A DNA stretch of 64,000 nt, taken from the NCBI GenBank assembly GCA_047495785.1, contig JBLDXI010000013.1:744001-808000 (forward strand), in the 5' to 3' direction. The stretch's first letter is position 1; each line of letters begins with the position of its first letter. This document shows, in pieces, positions 61,384-64,000 of the stretch. Origin of the DNA: Lepidodermella squamata (taxonomy: Eukaryota; Animalia; Gastrotricha). The notes under the pieces were generated by a model. It did not search any database and was not told where the DNA came from. It saw nothing but the letters and a program-made list of their open reading frames with translations. Made by a program: the position numbers and the translations under genes.

Positions 61384-64000
61384 CTAATGTCCGCCTTTCA
61401 AATTTTGAGCCGTATACAACGCGTAGTACAAACCGCGTTTTGCAATCAGTTCCTCGTGCCGGCCTTCCTCGGCGATGCGGCCTTTGTCGAAGACCAAAAT
61501 CTTATCGGCGTGTTGGATAGTCGCCAGGCGGTGAGCAACGATCAAACAAGTCCTGCCTTCCCGCGCCTGGTCAATGTCTTCCTGGACCAGTTTTTCGTTA
61601 GTCGTATCTAGAGCAGAAGTAGCCTCGTCACAGAGCAGTAGGCGCGGGTTTCTTGCCAAGGCTCGGGCGATCGCAATTCGCTGTTTCTGGCCACCAGACA
61701 GCTGATTCCCTCGATCGCCGACTGTTGTCGCGAATCCCTCGCGAAGATTGTCGACGAAAGCAACGCTGTGCTGAGTACGGCGTCTGATCAAGCCCTCCGG
61801 CACCTCGCCGTCTATCTCCTCCTCTTCAACGGTTCCGTATAGAATGTTCTCCCAAATCGTTCCTTCGAATAGAGCGGGCTCTTGAGAAATCAAACCAATT
61901 TTCGACCGTAGAGATCTGATATTTATGGCAGTTAGCGGCTTTCCGTCAATGAAAATTTGACCGGCAGTGGGTTCGTAGAAACGCTCGAGCAACTGAAGGG
62001 AAGTTGATTTACCACAGCCGCTAGGGCCTACTAGAGCAATAGTTTGGCCTGTGTGTGCTTTGAAAGAGAGCCCTCTCAAGATTGGAATCTCAGGTCGGTT
62101 CGGATATTGGAATCGCACATCGCGAAATTCGATGTTACCAAAGAATTCCATCAACTTATCACCCTCAGACGTTGCCCAGTCTACCGCAGGTTTCAAGTTG
62201 ATGAGTTCGAAAATTTTACCAGCCGCGACTCGGGCACGACCCATATCGGGCACATAGGCAGCCATGCGACCTGCGGCTAGACCACCCGTAGTTGCCATGT
62301 TGTAGATTCGGAACAAGAGGACGAATTCTAGATCTCCCGAATCGACCAAGGTGCTTCCGAAGCCGAAGACGAGGGCCCATGACCAAAACAGCATACCGTT
62401 GGCAAATCCCATAGCAGCGGCTATTATTGCGGCTTTCCTCGTCGCTTTCTTCACGTTTTCTTCAAAGGTATCATTGAAAAATTCGAGGAAGTAGGGATGC
62501 TGGCCGAGCGAGACTACTGTTCGCATATTTCCTATTGCCTCAGTACTGGCCTGAGAAACTTGTTTGAGCGCCTTATTGTCCTTCTTAGCTGATCCCATGT
62601 TAACGCGAACGGCAAACATGCTCGCGAGGATGAAGACGGGAATGACAGCAAAAGCCGCTAGCGTGACGTCCCACCTTAAAGTGAGGCCATACACAAAAGC
62701 AGTGCCAATGTTAGCGCCCAGATTAAGAATGACTCCAATACGAGAGCCTGAGGCACCCTGAACGGCTGTGGTATCTGTTGCCAACGTGGCAGATAGCGAA
62801 CCCGGTTGGTTTTCCGGTCTGTCGAACCACGAAATATCTTGGCGTAACATCGATGCAAATGACCATTTGCGTAAACGGGCGGTTAGTTTTTCGCCAGATA
62901 TGCCGAAAAACGCAAATTGCGTTGAGAAAGACACAAGCAGAATCAATCCGACTATCAGCTGAGCCAACGTGTTGCGCTGGCTCTCCTCCTCTCTCGCACC
63001 TTGATCGGTCTCGGAAAAGGTGCCAACTTGGTTACTGATAATGGTCGACTGCAACGGGTAGACCAGGCCGGCAACAATAGCAGCCAAAGACCCGAACAAG
63101 ATGAAATACCACTCCTTCGAGTTCCACTTCAGCACCACCCAGAGAGGAGCCGGTTTCGTCTTTTCTTCCTATTTAACGACAAAATACGATAAAAAGTGAA
63201 CAGGTCGATTGCTGCCAACTTACGCCCTCTTCTTCTGTATTTTCGCTTTCTTCTCCAACAGTATCCGCGGAGATGACACTGGAGCGCCGAGCTTCAACCT
63301 TGCCACCCAAGCTTTTCCGGCTGGTAACTGTCGAAGTCCTCTTACGTTGCGATCCCAGTCGCCTAAATTAATTACCATAGAAGATAAAACTTGTTCAATT
63401 TCTTCTTTTTTTCTTTACTTTAACATGGCCTCGGGACTGTCTTCGTCCTGATCGCCTTCGTCATCCGAATCTTTTTTGCCTTCGCTCATCAGCTGAGCGG
63501 CGGCCAGCGCGTAGTAGGCACCTTTTTCGCCCCTGGAAATAAGGTCAGTATGAGTACCAGCCTCGACAATTTCGCCGTCACGCATCACCAGGATGAGATC
63601 GGCATTCTTGATCGTCGACAAGCGATGCGCAATGACAATCGTTGTACGACCCTGCGACGCATTATCGAGTGCCTGCTGCACAACGCGCTCGCTGTGAGTA
63701 TCCAACGCACTGGTCGCCTCGTCTAGCAGCAGAATTCGCGGGTTCTTTATGATACCGCGCGCAATGGCGATACGCTGCTTTTGCCCTCCTGAAAGTTGAG
63801 CCCCTCTATCACCAACAAATGTATCGTATTTCTGGACATTAGAGCAAAAAATGTAGAAAATCAGGCCAGATAAGAAAATAAGCAGCTTACATCTGGTAAC
63901 AGGCTGATAAAGCCATGGGCGTTCGCCAGTTTCGCTGCTGCGATTATTTCTTCCATAGTCGCGCCCGGTTTGCCCATGCGAATGTTTTCGGCAATCGAAC
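61384..64000 (-). CDS. ABCB1: ABCB1/MDR-type full ABC transporter (P-glycoprotein), 5' part outside window
   Basis: Exons >63891-64000, 63419-63832, 63224-63362, 61384-63168. End of NBD1 ([24 protein letters not shown]), charged linker, TMD2 (GEKLTARLR...LRQDISWFD), NBD2 ([28 protein letters not shown]). The symbol is a subfamily assignment, not proven orthology. Confidence 0.93.

Noticed and set aside
61745-61830. Atypical NBD2 segment [21 protein letters not shown] as a possible compensated frameshift
   Set aside because: The alternative frame I checked does not restore the canonical AAKxANIH motif; treated as simple divergence.
1-64000. CRISPR arrays, rRNA, complete tRNAs, autonomous transposons
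   Set aside because: No repeat-spacer array, rRNA-like sequence, full cloverleaf or transposase/RT ORF seen; the sequence is spliceosomal eukaryotic DNA.

Overview
Compact-genome animal (invertebrate) DNA with short AT-rich GT-AG introns (mostly ~45-60 nt), so the ORF track shows only gene fragments; gene models below were spliced by hand. Almost everything is on the minus strand: a divergent MED15-like gene running off the left edge, MTSS1/MIM, a GPR158/GPR179-like class C GPCR, a ~22 kb tandem array of 12 S1A serine protease genes (7 with an intact triad, 5 pseudo-proteases), a ~1435 aa secreted Q/P/W-rich protein with two Sushi domains, an orphan gene, two tandem SLC5 Na+/sugar or myo-inositol cotransporters (one frameshifted) and the 3' part of an ABCB1/MDR P-glycoprotein. 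A TA-flanked MITE sits in the protease array. The most striking system is the protease array. All 12 proteins have a Cys directly after the predicted signal-peptide cleavage site, unpaired where I counted (Hedgehog/Spitz-like, possibly palmitoylated). None has Arg/Lys at the zymogen activation site, although the active members have trypsin-type S1 pockets. One disulfide partner has moved from Cys201 to Cys210 in the 8 internal paralogues.
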